This document shows positions 1 to 11,583 of a stretch of DNA of 62,000 bases, piece by piece. The notes below the pieces were generated by a model. That model was given only the letters and a program-made list of their open reading frames with translations. It made no database searches and had not been told where the DNA came from. The stretch comes from Callorhinchus milii (Eukaryota), in NCBI RefSeq assembly GCF_018977255.1, contig NW_024704742.1:992001-1054000 (forward strand), in the 5' to 3' direction. The first letter of the stretch is position 1. Each line of letters opens with the position of its first letter. Made by a program: the position numbers and the translations under genes.

Positions 1-166
1 AAAGCTAAGTACTCCTAGATGGGCAACCTATAGTGATTGGGTTCCTGTTCAATGTGGTCTTCGTTGCTACCAGTCAAATTGAGGATGAAACTGCTCTTCT
101 TGGTATCGAGAATTGTGAGACAGCATTAAGTCCATAGGATTCTCTGCATAAAATGCATCTTGTAGT

Positions 167-555
167 GGACTCCTATAGCTCAGTAGTTAGAGCGCTTGCC
201 TTGCATGCCAGAGACCTGGGTTCGATTCCCACCAGAGTCAAAAGTTAGGCAAGTTTCCTTACTCGACACACCTCTGCTTACCTAGCAGTAAGTAGGAACC
301 TGGTTGTTAGTCGATTGGTGGATCACTTTTCCGGGGGTAATAATTCCTTCAAAGGAAAATAATAATAATAAATTGGTCACTTAGTCCACGACTGTTTGTG
401 GGACACTGCTGTCCGCAATTGGCTCCCGCGTTTTGCCCACAAAATATACAGTCAGTTTGCTTTGTAGTGTATTGTGCGAAGCACTTTGAGACTTCTTGAA
501 GATGTGATAAGGTGCTATATCAAATGCAAGGATTAATATTATTATTATTGTTATT
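167..555 (+). mobile_element. Full-length tRNA-Ala-derived SINE (family A) with L2-type 3' tail
   Basis: A box TAGCTCAGTAGTTAGAGC, anticodon loop CT-TGC-AT and B box GGTTCGATTCC. The body is shared with many copies in the window. The tail GAAGCACTTTGAGAC...GATAAGGTGCTATATCAAATGCAAGG ends in (ATT)n. Confidence 0.92.
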
Positions 556-1866
556 ATCTTATATCACCAGTCTATGGGAATTTACATGTGTAGGTTGGAT
601 GCATGGAATTGAGTGTCACTAAGAAGCATTCATTGGTTCCTTGGGGTAACGAAAATTTCATGTGGAGCCTAAATTGAAACCAAAGCTCTAGGTTCCTCAG
701 GATCAAATGGCTGTATTTACGCAGGGGATCTGAAAGAGGAAACTGTTAAGAACTTCCAGAACTACTTGTAAACTTTTTATAACCTATTTCTACTGCTTTA
801 TTAATCCAAGAAGAACATTTTGCTTTGAATAATTTATTATAAAGGGCCTAATAAATATGTACGTATGTCACTAAAAAGAAAATCAATGTTTCAAATATAA
901 TTTCCACTGGTTAATAGTACACATTTGCAACATATATACTACAGTATTTTGGAAGCTATAGACTAAGACAATATGGTGTACTTTATATAATAATAAATAT
1001 ATTACTTTGCTAATATATATGCTATTCAGAGAATGGATAGTTGCATGGGAGAGGAATTGGGGCGGGGGAGACAGAGGGGAAGAAAGTTACATACAATATA
1101 TTTTAACCAAATAACTTTTTAACTTAAGTACAACACTTTTAAACTAAACTTAAATTGTGAAATAAAGATATGAAAGACATGGAGAATAATGAGCAGTCGC
1201 AGTCTGAGAATAAATTAGAGACTGGATGAAAGAGAGCAGCTTTAGCAGAAGTAATGATTTTGTAAACATTTAGTTTCATGTGTTTTTTTTTTAGAAATAT
1301 ACATCAAAGACACAGTAATACTCTTAGCATCTGACTGGTACTAATACTACAGGTTTAACATTGAGTGATTCCTGAGCCTCATGGTGTATGAGGTGAAAAT
1401 GCTAACACAAATGGCTGGACATACCTAGGGGATAGAATTCTCTCGTCGATGCTCTAAAGTTCAAATCGATTATCATGAAAATATTGTTCCCCAACTTATA
1501 ATATTATACTCCTATCAAATACATTCGGTAGATATTATCTACTAGCTTTACTAACTGTATGCACGGGCAAAAAAAAAGTGGAGGCTTCGCTAACAATGAG
1601 GAACTAATTCCTGCAGCTGATGTGTTCAGTCAATCCTTTCGAGATTCCAGAAAGCCTCTCGAGACTAATCTTAGCATTAGCGCTATCAATATAATGGGAA
1701 AAAGCTGGTTAAGAATCTTTTGCTATTTCCTCTCATCATTTTCCACTTGGCCTTAATCCTTGTGTTCCATATGTTAGTGCTGGGTGGGTGGGTGGGAAGT
1801 GGGGGACGGAGGGGGAGCGCGGAGAGAGGAAGAGTTAAGGTCAACGAGGTCTTCACTTTTTTTTTT

Positions 1867-2116
1867 GGTGTCAGCGGGTGTCTGACACATGCGGAAACCC
1901 ATCACCGTGCTTGAGACTATCCAAACCAAATTGAAAGTTTCATGCGTCCCACCTACACATGGAAATTGCAGGGATATTTATTGTAATGGAATGCGCAATC
2001 TGTCCCTGCTTACCCAATTCTGGAAAGTATTAGGCGCAGGTTGGCAAGGGCCAACGTTTGAGGACCTCAGTGAGTGCATTGGGGTAACTGCTGGAGTCTA
2101 ACCAGCTAAAACTGCA
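1867..2116 (+). repeat. Unclassified ~245-bp dispersed repeat (family U), near-complete copy
   Basis: GTGTCTGACACATGCGGAAACC...CTGCTGGAGTCTAACCAGCTAAAAC aligns by eye with 25556-25812 and with reverse-strand copies near 41.2-41.6 kb and 46.3 kb. The strand is arbitrary. Confidence 0.85.
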
Positions 2117-2424
2117 TTGCTTGTCTTTGAGAGCACTGTCTGGCAAGCTGTCCCACTGCCTGTCCAACTAGGACCAACCTAACCGTTAGAGCTTTGGCTT
2201 GCAGTGTTAATAGGAGCTGAGTGGGAGGATTCCCTACTCCCAGCGACTGCTCTGCCCTTCCAAGTCTTGTCGATGAGCCAGTTCGGCTGTGCTGCCATCA
2301 GCAGTGCCCTGGAATACTGCGGACCTGCCTGGCTCAGGAATCGGGCTATTGAGACAGCCATAGGGGGCTGGTTCGATTCCAACATTCTGTTGACAAATAT
2401 GTCATTTTGGAACTAGTGCACATC

Positions 2425-2745
2425 AGCAGGACATCCCAAGGTGCTGGACAGTCAGGGATTTTCAAACCTTCAGGGTCGAGGGTAGGGGTAGGGGGATGGC
2501 CGAAGGCGCGGTCGAAGAGGAGGGTCTTGAGACGTGCCTTGAAGGAAACAAGGGAGAGAATGAAGCAAAGGGACTGTGGGATGTAGTTCCAAAGGGGGCA
2601 GAGAGGCTGAAGGCCTGACTGCTGATGGTAGGGCAGGCCGGACGGGGGACATGGAGGAGGTCGGAGTCTGCTGAGCGGAGTTACAGAGTCACTCAGTCAG
2701 TCAGCAAGTCACAGAGGTAGGAAGGAGCAAGGCCGTGGAGGGACG
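2425..2745 (-). mobile_element. L2 LINE 3' fragment
   Basis: The reverse strand carries CAAGACCCTCCTCTTCGACCGCGCCTTCGG and the L2-type tail, homologous to the L2 pieces at 33.2, 52.7 and 61.7 kb. Confidence 0.75.
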
Positions 2746-4107
2746 ACTTTTACTGGACAGCTTGTGATGTGCTAGCCATCTTGATGAGGTCCTTGTCCAA
2801 TGCAATGTACAAAGCACCAGCTGCTTAATCCAGGGCCTCATGTGAGGGCTTTGAGAAATAGATATGCCCACTGTGAAACTGCCTCTCCTTCTAGGGTGCT
2901 TAGCGACAGGTCAGCAGGAGCTCTCCCTCCTCGCAGCCACTTCCCGCGTTTGCCACAAATCCATCTCACTGCTTGATCCAGGATTTTGCAAATGGGACAA
3001 TGGAAGCCCCTCTTCACTTTCACCAACCACTGTCTGACACATATCTTCACACCTGTCACTTTGCATAGTTACTGTATTGCATTATATAGTACATTGAATC
3101 ATCTACTGTTGGTAATCGATAGTTTTGATGCCTTGTCTAATTCACTTAATGAATAGCCTGTTAGTAGATATAATGGAAAGCATGGCTGACCCACATTTCA
3201 TTACCTTGAGAGCAAGGTACCCAAATAAATGTCAAATGATGGCCAGTTTTGTGTTGAGATGCGACTCACCATGTACCAGACTGAATCATCACAAACTCAT
3301 CTCACTTGTAAACCTTACTTTCATTACAGAGGAAAGCTTCATCCCATATCCAGGCTGTTATTCAGAGACCAGCCACAAAGTCTCACCTCTATTTTGTATC
3401 AGGCCAATCGGAATAACCAGTTTTGACGTCTCATATTTTGAATAAGAATTCAAAAGGGAAATCCGATCCGAGAAAAGTCAACATTATTATACAATAAGAG
3501 ATATTATCATGAATGAACTACTCCTTGTAATTTTACTCAATTAGGGATCACAGCGTAGGCCTCTGCTGTCGAAACCCCTCGAAGCAACAGCCTGCAGGGT
3601 GTCAGATCCAAGGTGTACGCTGATCTGGGTCGGATTTTGGTCCTCGCCGAGATGAGCAACACTCCATTCACCAGTCCATACAAAGAGCTAGTAAAGCTCA
3701 CCCACATAAAACCAGTGAGCTGCAGTGCCAGGCAGTCCGCCCAGGGAACCTCAGCCAAAGATAACTTTATGGCTGAACAACATTTTCTTATTTCAAGATT
3801 GTTTTTTTTTGTCAAAGAAACAGAAAAATCCAAGAATAATATCCTTGGAAACTTACATCGCCAGCAAAAAAAAAATACACAACTCAACATACCGGCCTCA
3901 GTTTCAAGGAAAACTTCCAACGAGTGAGGCAAGAAATCGGGTCCATTTCAATGATTTTGATTATAATATTTAATATTGTTTCTGGACTTTACTTACAGTA
4001 AAACATTTTTTTTTAAAATCCAATACTTTTGAAACAAAGATATTTCTTCCTGAATCAGAGAATGTTTTGGTAGTGAACTCTGGTGGGACCTACTCTTCAT
4101 CGATGTT

Positions 4108-4515
4108 GAAAAGAGACGACTCAGAGAGGACCTTCTAGAAGTATTTAACATTTTTAATCAGATTGAGAAGTTTGATCCAAGACATCACAACAGCGGTGGC
4201 CAACCTTTATGGTCGGCCAAAAAAAATACATTTTCCTGATTGAATATTTCTTGATTTATGCCATAAATCAAGAAAAAAATGAAAACACATTTTGGATCGA
4301 ACGCAGACTTGCCTAGACTCCTCCAAATGTTCAGGGTACTACTTCAGTAGAACAAGGGAACACCAGGAAGCTTTCCTTTACCCAGCGAGTAATTAATGAC
4401 TGGACTAGGTTACCAGGAGAGGTGGTTGAGGCCAGGACACTCGATTCATTTAAATAACAGCTTAAATGCTGTGATGGAAAGGCAGTAGGATGAGTAATCT
4501 GGAAGAATGAGATTG
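4108..4515 (+). mobile_element. CR1 LINE 3' fragment interrupted by a MITE
   Basis: KRRLREDLLEVFNIF-like coding remnant at 4108-4180 and TQRVINDWTRLPGEVVEA-like remnant at ~4375-4450, both typical of the CR1 ORF2 C-terminus. Confidence 0.7.
4191..4345 (+). mobile_element. hAT-like non-autonomous DNA transposon fragment (family H)
   Basis: Starts with CAGCGGTGGCCAACC, a hAT/Charlie-like terminal motif. Contains the internal palindrome TTCTTGATTTATG-C-CATAAATCAAGAA. Homologous to 18995-19131 (-) and 43739-43792. Confidence 0.6.
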
Positions 4516-4517
4516 CG

Positions 4518-4712
4518 TAATAATAATAATAATCCTTGCATTTGATATAGCGTCTTATCACGTCTTCGAGGCATCTCAAAACGCTTCACAGAGTACACTG
4601 TAAAGTGAATTGACTGTATATTTTATGGGCAAAATACGGCAGCCAATTGCGCACAGCAGTGTCCCTCAAACAGTCCTAGACTGAGTGACCACTTATATAT
4701 TTTTTTGAAGGA
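4518..4712 (-). mobile_element. SINE family A, 3' half
   Basis: (AAT)n-CCTTGCATTTGATATAGCG...CAGCCAATTGCGCACAGCAG is the reverse complement of the family A tail. Confidence 0.9.
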
Positions 4713-5807
4713 ACTAAGGTTCAAACCTATGTTGTGATCTTGTGAAAATTAAATGATTCTCTTACTGCTTGAGTTACCAGTGCATCAGATTTAATTCTTG
4801 GTATTTCAAGGTCTTATTGGAGTGCTCACTGTCTAGTTGGGTTTCTGTCTCAAAATGTACAGTGCTCTGGTTATAGCACTAAACTGTTAGGGGGCTCTCC
4901 AGTTTTAGGAGCAATATTTAGCAGAGCAAGAAAACTTACACTCAATATTATAGGAATTAGCTACAAACGAGACGTATCAGAGGCATCCTCAGAGAGGCAT
5001 ATAGAACATTAAATGGGGTAGAGAAAACAATAAGTAAAATACACCAAGGCAGTAGGACAAGAGCCACAGTTTCAGGTTGTAAAGAATAAGTTTAGGACAG
5101 GTACAAAGTATTGCAAAGTATAAATGGAATCTTGTTGTTGTTGTTGTTGTTGCTACATCCAAACCTTTCTTGCAATCATGGCCCCGATCATAATGTTATA
5201 TAATTTTGCAAGCAGACGAACGTGCCATGCCCCTGAGATCGATTGTGCCAGTAGTTATATGTGCTTTTGCTCCCTGGATACTCTTTTCCCACTGCTTGTA
5301 TGCACCTTGTGTTACATAGAGCATTATCCAACTAGCCCATGACTGTTTTTTTCTCCACACGAGCCCCTATCCCTACTAATCCCCTCTCCAAAACCCTCTA
5401 TTCCCTTCTCCCTTATGTATGCATCAAGTATGCAATTCATTAATGAAGTGAATAGAACATGTCTGGGTAGCAGGAATTCAGCATATATAATCCTTGTTGT
5501 TCAAACACAATTTGCAGTTGAACACATCCCCTGATATTCTGCCTGCAAGAGGTATTGTATGGGTGGAAAGTTTGCCATTGGCCAAACCTAAATTCTTCAT
5601 CCTTACGCTTCTAAAATTAATACAAAATATATTTATATCCCACCTTCCTCCGTGAAACCATATTTGCTCACCCGTTATTTCACTCGGCCACTATTGGCGT
5701 GCTGACTGCACTTTATCTGAAATTGGGAGGGGAGGGGGGGGGTGTCCATCTAGCTCTATAAACTTATTATTCCGTACTTCCGTCTGTTAGAACCCCATGT
5801 TCCCCAG

Positions 5808-6210
5808 GTTGCCGAACTGGCTCAGCGGATGAATGGGCGGCTCAATTTGCCACTGAACCGTACAGACCGGCGAGGTCCCAGCTTGACCTCGAGATCTAAT
5901 CACGGTCAAGTAGGGAGCGGCTCCGGCTCCCTCAGCTTCACTGATTTGTTGAAGACAAAAATGCAGCCGTTACTACTCCCCTTCCTAAAAGCTAGCCAGG
6001 CACAGGGTGGGGAGGTTGGGCGTAGATGGGATCAGTCCTGGCTGTAAGTTAAAACAGCCTTTTGACACTCCCTTTCAAATAATAATACTCCCTGTTTTTG
6101 ATATAGCGCCTTTCGAGTCTTGAGGACGTCTCAAAATGTTTCACAGGATATAGTGTAAAGTGTACTGACTGCGTATGTTGTGAGACTCACACATGAGCGG
6201 CCTCTTGGGA
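5808..6210 (+). mobile_element. Old tRNA-headed SINE-like element (family C) with a nested family A tail at ~6077-6182 (-)
   Basis: TGGCTCAGCGG A-box-like head followed by a degenerate B box. The 3' part (GGATCAGTCCTGGCTGT...AACAGCCT...CTCACACATG) matches the reverse complement of 28440-28560. It is split by an inserted family A tail. Confidence 0.55.
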
Positions 6211-8144
6211 TCAGGGCTGCCGAGAAACAGCAAGAGTTCACGCCTTCAATAGAGGAGAGAAAAATGGAAAAACATCCTCTGAAATAACAATAACATTTGT
6301 AGAAAATGTGTCACCAAATGCTTCCATTTCTCTTGGAAGTTTCTGCATGCCTTACACGAGTCTATAAAGCTCGATATGGAAACTGAGGTATCCAAATATT
6401 TGCCTAGAAGTGGCCTATTCTCATTACAAATGATGAAACGCTGCGACTGACTGTTTATTGCAGTCTCTCTGGTCTTAAGCTGATTGACCACGTGTTTCAG
6501 AACGATGTTTGAACCAAAGGCACAAAAACGTTAACTCTAAAAATACCACAGCATGAACCAGAAGGAGGCTGTCAGTCAGGGATTCTAGATGAATTGCAAA
6601 TGACTGTTAGCACTAATCCTTAGCAAATGAGGGGGTCAAAAAGGGATAAAAGTTCTTTTAAGAGTCTGGGTTCCTTGCTGAGAGATTTGTCTTTTGCACA
6701 AGGCTGGAAAGAATGAAAAACATGCATGGGGAGGGATTTTGCAACAAAACATTTAGATAGACAGACGTGCATTAAAATTGAATGAAAGAACCTGTTGCTT
6801 CATGTAACTGAAGTGGAAAAAAAATAAATGAAAGATAGGAACAAATGCCAATAATAACAGCAAACATCTACTGCTTCCACAGTGAAGAACTGCTGTCCAA
6901 CAGAAACAGCTCACCCCGACTGATTCATTGGAAAAAAAAACAGCACAAAATATCCTCAATGGTTACTTGGGTATTCACAATGGATCTTTGAGAAGATATG
7001 GCTTCTCTGTGATAGGAACAAACGGATACTCTTTGCCATTGGCAAGGCAAACATTGCCAATGCCAAAACCCTCACCGCACCCCTCCGTCACGGAGGAAAT
7101 CATCCATCTCTTCTCTTTTAGTGCGCGTATAACTGTCTACACAGACACCCTCATAAAATGTTACATAAACAAATTGACACAAACGTCCCTTACTTCTTTC
7201 TCTGACATTTTCACTGCGAGGGCCTTCGTTAATAAAGTTATTAATCAGGCCTCCTACTCATTTTTTATTCCCCCCATCTGGAGTATGTTACTTTTGCAAG
7301 GACACAACTGGCAGCAGACTTATAGAGTCGGTTGCTATTTCAATCTGAAACTGGGTTGACAACCCAAGGAAGTTTGTGGAATAATGTATTTTGTCATTCC
7401 GGGATTAAAAAAAGAGAGTGCTGGTGGAAAAAAGGTTTGGGCCAAATCCCTCGATCTTTGGTAAACGGCGAAACAGAGTAACAGAAGAGACACACTGATA
7501 TTTTAACCCTTGTTTCGAGTCCTGGGTTTGCAGTGACCTCTGAAACATTAATGACTGATTTAAAAACTCTTTTCTCTGAACCCTCCCGAGCCCCTTTCTG
7601 TGGTTTCTGAGCTTCCTGTTGCTGTTTCGGGGAGCGAAAAGCAAAAATGACAAAACGGCAGTGAATTAATCGTTTCTACACGACCGTGGCAGAACATTTT
7701 ATTTTGTTCCGGGTGTTCTCTTCGCAACGGAAGAGATTTGATAACCAGCTTCTTATTAATTTCAAGAAATACGAATTATATTTCACATTGATGGATCAGT
7801 GCCAGCAGAACATTTAGCAGAGTGAATGGAAGTAACCGCACCAGCCACCTTTGGCTCGCACCCAGCTATTGTCGATTAGTATTTTCTGCTTATCCAGCGT
7901 CTGTTATATAGACTGCTATTTATAGCTGAATTATTCCTGTAAGAATATGTGTATAGCATACCAATACTGTCAAGGAGTTGGCGAAAATCTTGTAAATTAA
8001 CCAACAAAAGCAAACTATATTCATGTATAATATAAAACTTTTACAACTAAGGTTGCAAACACTTATTAACTCCATCGTTGCTAGGCTTCCCTGGCTCCCA
8101 GGAGCTCGAGTGAATCAACTCAACTTCACGATCCTCTAAAAGCC

Positions 8145-8490
8145 AACGGAGGCAAATGTGGCAGCCAATTTGTGCGCAGCAATGTCCAACAAATAGCCAT
8201 TGAAGTCAATGTCCACTTTCATCCAGGTTCACTGTTGGCCAGGATATCAGGAGAAACTCCCTTCACTTTTCAAACCGTGTCTTGGGATCTTTAATATCCA
8301 CCTGAACAGGGAGATGGGACGTTGGTTAATTGTTTGAACCAAAAGTCGGCATCTCCAACAATGCAACATTCACACAGCGCTGCACTGGTGTGTTATCTTA
8401 CGCTCGTAAGTTCAAAATCCTAACATGGGGCTTGAACCCACAACCTTCTGACTCAGAGGCGAAAGTGGTACCAACTGCGCCAGGCAGACA
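8145..8490 (-). mobile_element. Deu-domain SINE (family B; SacSINE1/AmnSINE1-like)
   Basis: Deu core TTGGCCAGGA...GGGATCTTTAATATCCACCTGAACAGG, and the tRNA-like head read in reverse as GGGGCTTGAACCCACAACCTTCTGACTCAGAGG. Confidence 0.85.
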
Positions 8491-8995
8491 CACCTTCTGC
8501 GGATTCTCCCTAAGGCATTTATTTCATGTTGGGCAGCTGCAAAACTGTAACTGCTAAAGGTTTCTCTTGCCGTGCTACGCATTTTCATTTATTTTTACAA
8601 GATTATTCTCAATTGAAAAAGGTACAAAACTGTGAACATTTAACCTAATCCGCTACTTTGTAAGGGGAGCGATGAATAAAAGGCACAGATATACTGACGT
8701 GACCTTGAATTGTCACCGTTCAGAAAAGTCGTACTGTTATTTACAGGGTTTGCTTGATTATTGAATGACTGGGAGCTTCCAGGAAAGATCATTTGTGTCT
8801 GTTTTTCTATAAGAATGCTACTTTCTTAGCATTTCTTGGAGCTCAGAAGAAGCAAGATGTGCGGTGTTTCTTTCTGCCAATTTAATACTGGACGACGTGT
8901 GAGCTCAAAGTCACAGATTGACGCATAAAACAACATTAACTCTTACAAACCAAGTGACAGGTGACTTATGTTATGACATCAATTTAATAACTTAA

Positions 8996-9427
8996 GCGGG
9001 AGAGGCTTGGGGTTTGATTCCCGGCCAGGGCGAAATCTTAGGCAATTTTCTTTACTCCTCACGCCTCTATTTACCATAGCAGTAAGTAGGAACCTGGTTG
9101 CTAGTCAATTTGGAGGATTGTTTTCCGGGGGTAATAATCCCTAAAAAAAAATCCGTAAGGTTGGATCACCCTGTCTGTTTAGGTGGAAATTAAAGATCCC
9201 ATGACACTATTCATAAAGAGAAGGGAGTTGGTCACAGTGTCCTGGCCAACAATCCTGCAGATAAAACAAACTGGTCATTCACTTCGTAGCTACTTGTAGG
9301 CCATTGTTGTGTGAAAATTGGCTGCCGCGTTTGCCTTCAAATACAAAGTGAATGCATTTTAAAGAAAAAATGTGAAACGCTTAGAGATGTTTGTTTCGAT
9401 TGAATGCAAGGATTATTATTATTATTA
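8996..9427 (+). mobile_element. Composite SINE: family A 5' half joined to a family B Deu core and tail
   Basis: 8996-9150 is the family A B box and body. 9165-9427 is AGGTGGAAATTAAAGATCCCATGACACTATT (Deu) plus the shared tail and (ATT)n. Confidence 0.8.
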
Positions 9428-9428
9428 C

Positions 9429-10272
9429 AGAGAGACTTGGGGGTTCATGTAAGTAAATCTTTGACGGTGGCAGGACAGGTAGATAAAAATGTTGAAAAAG
9501 CGTCCGGGATACTAGGCTTTATAAATAGGGCATAGAATACAAAAGTCAGGAAGTTATGATGAACCTTTATTTAATCACTGGTTAGGCCTCAGCGAGAGAC
9601 TGTGTTCAATTCTGGGCACTAAACTTTAGGGAGGATGTCAAGGCATTGGAGAAGGTGCAAAGGAGGTTGACCAGGATGGTACCAGGAATGAGGGGCTTCA
9701 GTTATCAGGAGAGGCGAGAGAAGCGAGGATTATTCTCCTTGGTCAGAGAGGGTTATGAGGAGACTTAATCAAAGTTTTCAAAATTATGAGGGGATTCGAT
9801 AGGGTGAACAAGGACAAACTATTCCCACTGGCGGGTGGGTCGGTAACCCGAGGACACCCATTTAAAATAGTTGCTAAAAGAAACAGAGAGGGGGTGAGGA
9901 GAAATGTTTTCACACAGCGAGTTGTTGGGATCTGGAAAGCGTTGCCTGAAAGGCCGGTGGGAGCTGATTCGATAACAACTTTTAAGAGAAAAGTAGATAA
10001 TTATTTGGGGAGGACAAGTTTGCAGGGCTATGGGGAGAGAGCGAGGGAGTGGGGTTGATCAGGGCTATGGGGAGAGCGGGGGAGTGGGGTTGATCAGGGC
10101 TGTGGGAGAGGAGTGGGGGACTATGGGGAGGGGGAGTGGGGTTGATCAGGGCTATGGGGAGAGAGTGGGGGAGTGGGGTTGATTTGGAAGCTCTTGTCAA
10201 AGAGCCGGAATAGACACAATGGGCCGAATGGCCTCCTTCTGTGCTGTATAATTCCATGATTCTATGATTATT
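9429..10272 (+). mobile_element. CR1 LINE, 5'-truncated (ORF2 C-terminus and 3' UTR), frameshifted
   Basis: Translates to RDLGVHV...GILGFINRGIEYKSQEVMMNLY...CVQFW...ALEKVQRRLTRMVPGM...TRGHPFKI...FTQRVVGIWKALP. The 3' end is GGGCCGAATGGCCTCCTTCTGTGCTGTA followed by (ATTCYATG)2. Confidence 0.95.
10023..10182 (+). repeat. G-rich ~35-bp tandem amplification inside the CR1 3' end
   Basis: About four copies of CAGGGCTATGGGGAGAG..GGGAGTGGGGTTGAT. Confidence 0.9.
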
Positions 10273-10460
10273 ATCATTTGGGGGGAGAAAAGTTTGACTC
10301 CCCATCCCAATTGCTACGGCGAATAGCCTTCTGCTTTGTTTGTGGTAAACATTACAGTGTGATGACACTGAGGTAATGGACATCTGCGAAAAGTTTAGAT
10401 CAGTGTAACAACGAAGAGCTTTTTATTTAAATACCTGAATTTCCTGTTTAAGCTATTGCA

Positions 10461-10620
10461 GGATATACAGTGATTTAATGGAGCTTATACAGTAAGTTAG
10501 TCCGTGACATACAGTGGCTTAGTGACGGATATACAGTAAATTAGAACAGGACACAGAGTAATTTAGTGTGTAAAGTTACAGCAAGTTAGTTCAGGCTATA
10601 TAATAAATTAACATAAAGTA
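10461..10620. repeat. Degenerate ~21-23-bp minisatellite
   Basis: About seven recurrences of an ATACAGTAA.TTAG-like core. Confidence 0.7.
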
Positions 10621-11264
10621 CAGAATGCATAAAAGCATTCTCACATCATTGCCAACACATATTAAAGACATAGTTACAGAATCGCTCAGTTTGATAGCTG
10701 GTGAAAAGCACATTGCAGGTTACAGTTATAAAGACTGCCAAAGGGCATTTTTTTTTATTACCGCATTAGCAAACAAAAAAATGCATAGCAAGCACTGATT
10801 CATAAAAATGAAACCTCGTAAAATTGCACTGTAGACTCCCCTCAACCCTGCACTGCCCAGGAGTGTACCCAGACAAGTCCTGCTGATCCGAACCCCCCCC
10901 CAAACACACACACTCAGCCCTGCGACCGTGTACACAAACTCCGTAGGCCCTGCACTGCCCGACCCCATACGTTTTATTTCCAATGCTTGGAAGGTTAAAA
11001 TTGGTCTGTGTTTGGTTGGAAAAATTCAGAGAAGCAAAGCCATGAGCCAGTTAGAATCTGTTTACAGCTGTGGGAAGAAAGCTGTTCTTCTCTCCGAGAC
11101 AGTAAAACAGGGATCAGGCTCAATTCATCTCTCCCCTTCCCCACCCCACCCAACATCAGGGCAGTATTTTGAGCCTTGTTAGTGTACCTTTCTTCACTCT
11201 CTATGTTGTATGTCATGACAATATTATGCTAGTTATTCTATATCCAACAACTGTTTTATATCTT

Positions 11265-11450
11265 ATAGAATCATAGAATCTTACAGCACAGAAGGAGGCC
11301 ATTCCGTCTAACATACCTGTGCCAGCTCTTTGAAAGAGCTATCAAACTAGTCCCACTGCCCCACTCTTACCCCATAGCTCTGAAAATGTTTCCTTTTTTA
11401 AGTACTTATCCAATTCTTTTTTGAAAAGTGTTATTGGATCTGCTTCCACC
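11265..11450 (-). mobile_element. CR1 3' end
   Basis: ATAGAATCATAGAATCTTACAGCACAGAAGGAGGCCATT is the reverse complement of the CR1 terminus seen at 10220-10270. Confidence 0.88.
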
Positions 11451-11461
11451 CCCAATCGACT

Positions 11462-11583
11462 AACAACTGTGTTTCTACTTTACTGCTAAGGAAACTTGCC
11501 CAACGTCTCACCTTGCCTGGGAATTGAATCCAGAACTCTCGCTTGTGAGGCGAGGGCTCTTACCCACCAAGTTACAGGACTCC
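11462..11583 (-). mobile_element. SINE family A head fragment
   Basis: TAAGGAAACTTGCCCAA...GGGAATTGAATCCAG...GTTACAGGACTCC. Confidence 0.8.

Noticed and set aside
167..240. Possible tRNA-Ala gene (also 48097-48170 with an apparent CAC anticodon)
   Set aside because: The acceptor stem does not close, there is no T-run terminator, and the sequence continues into the SINE body. CAC is consistent with CpG decay of CGC.
6425..6490. C/D box snoRNA-like ATGATGA...CTGA
   Set aside because: It is only ~60 nt with a 3-bp terminal stem, and I cannot recognise an rRNA or snRNA guide complement.
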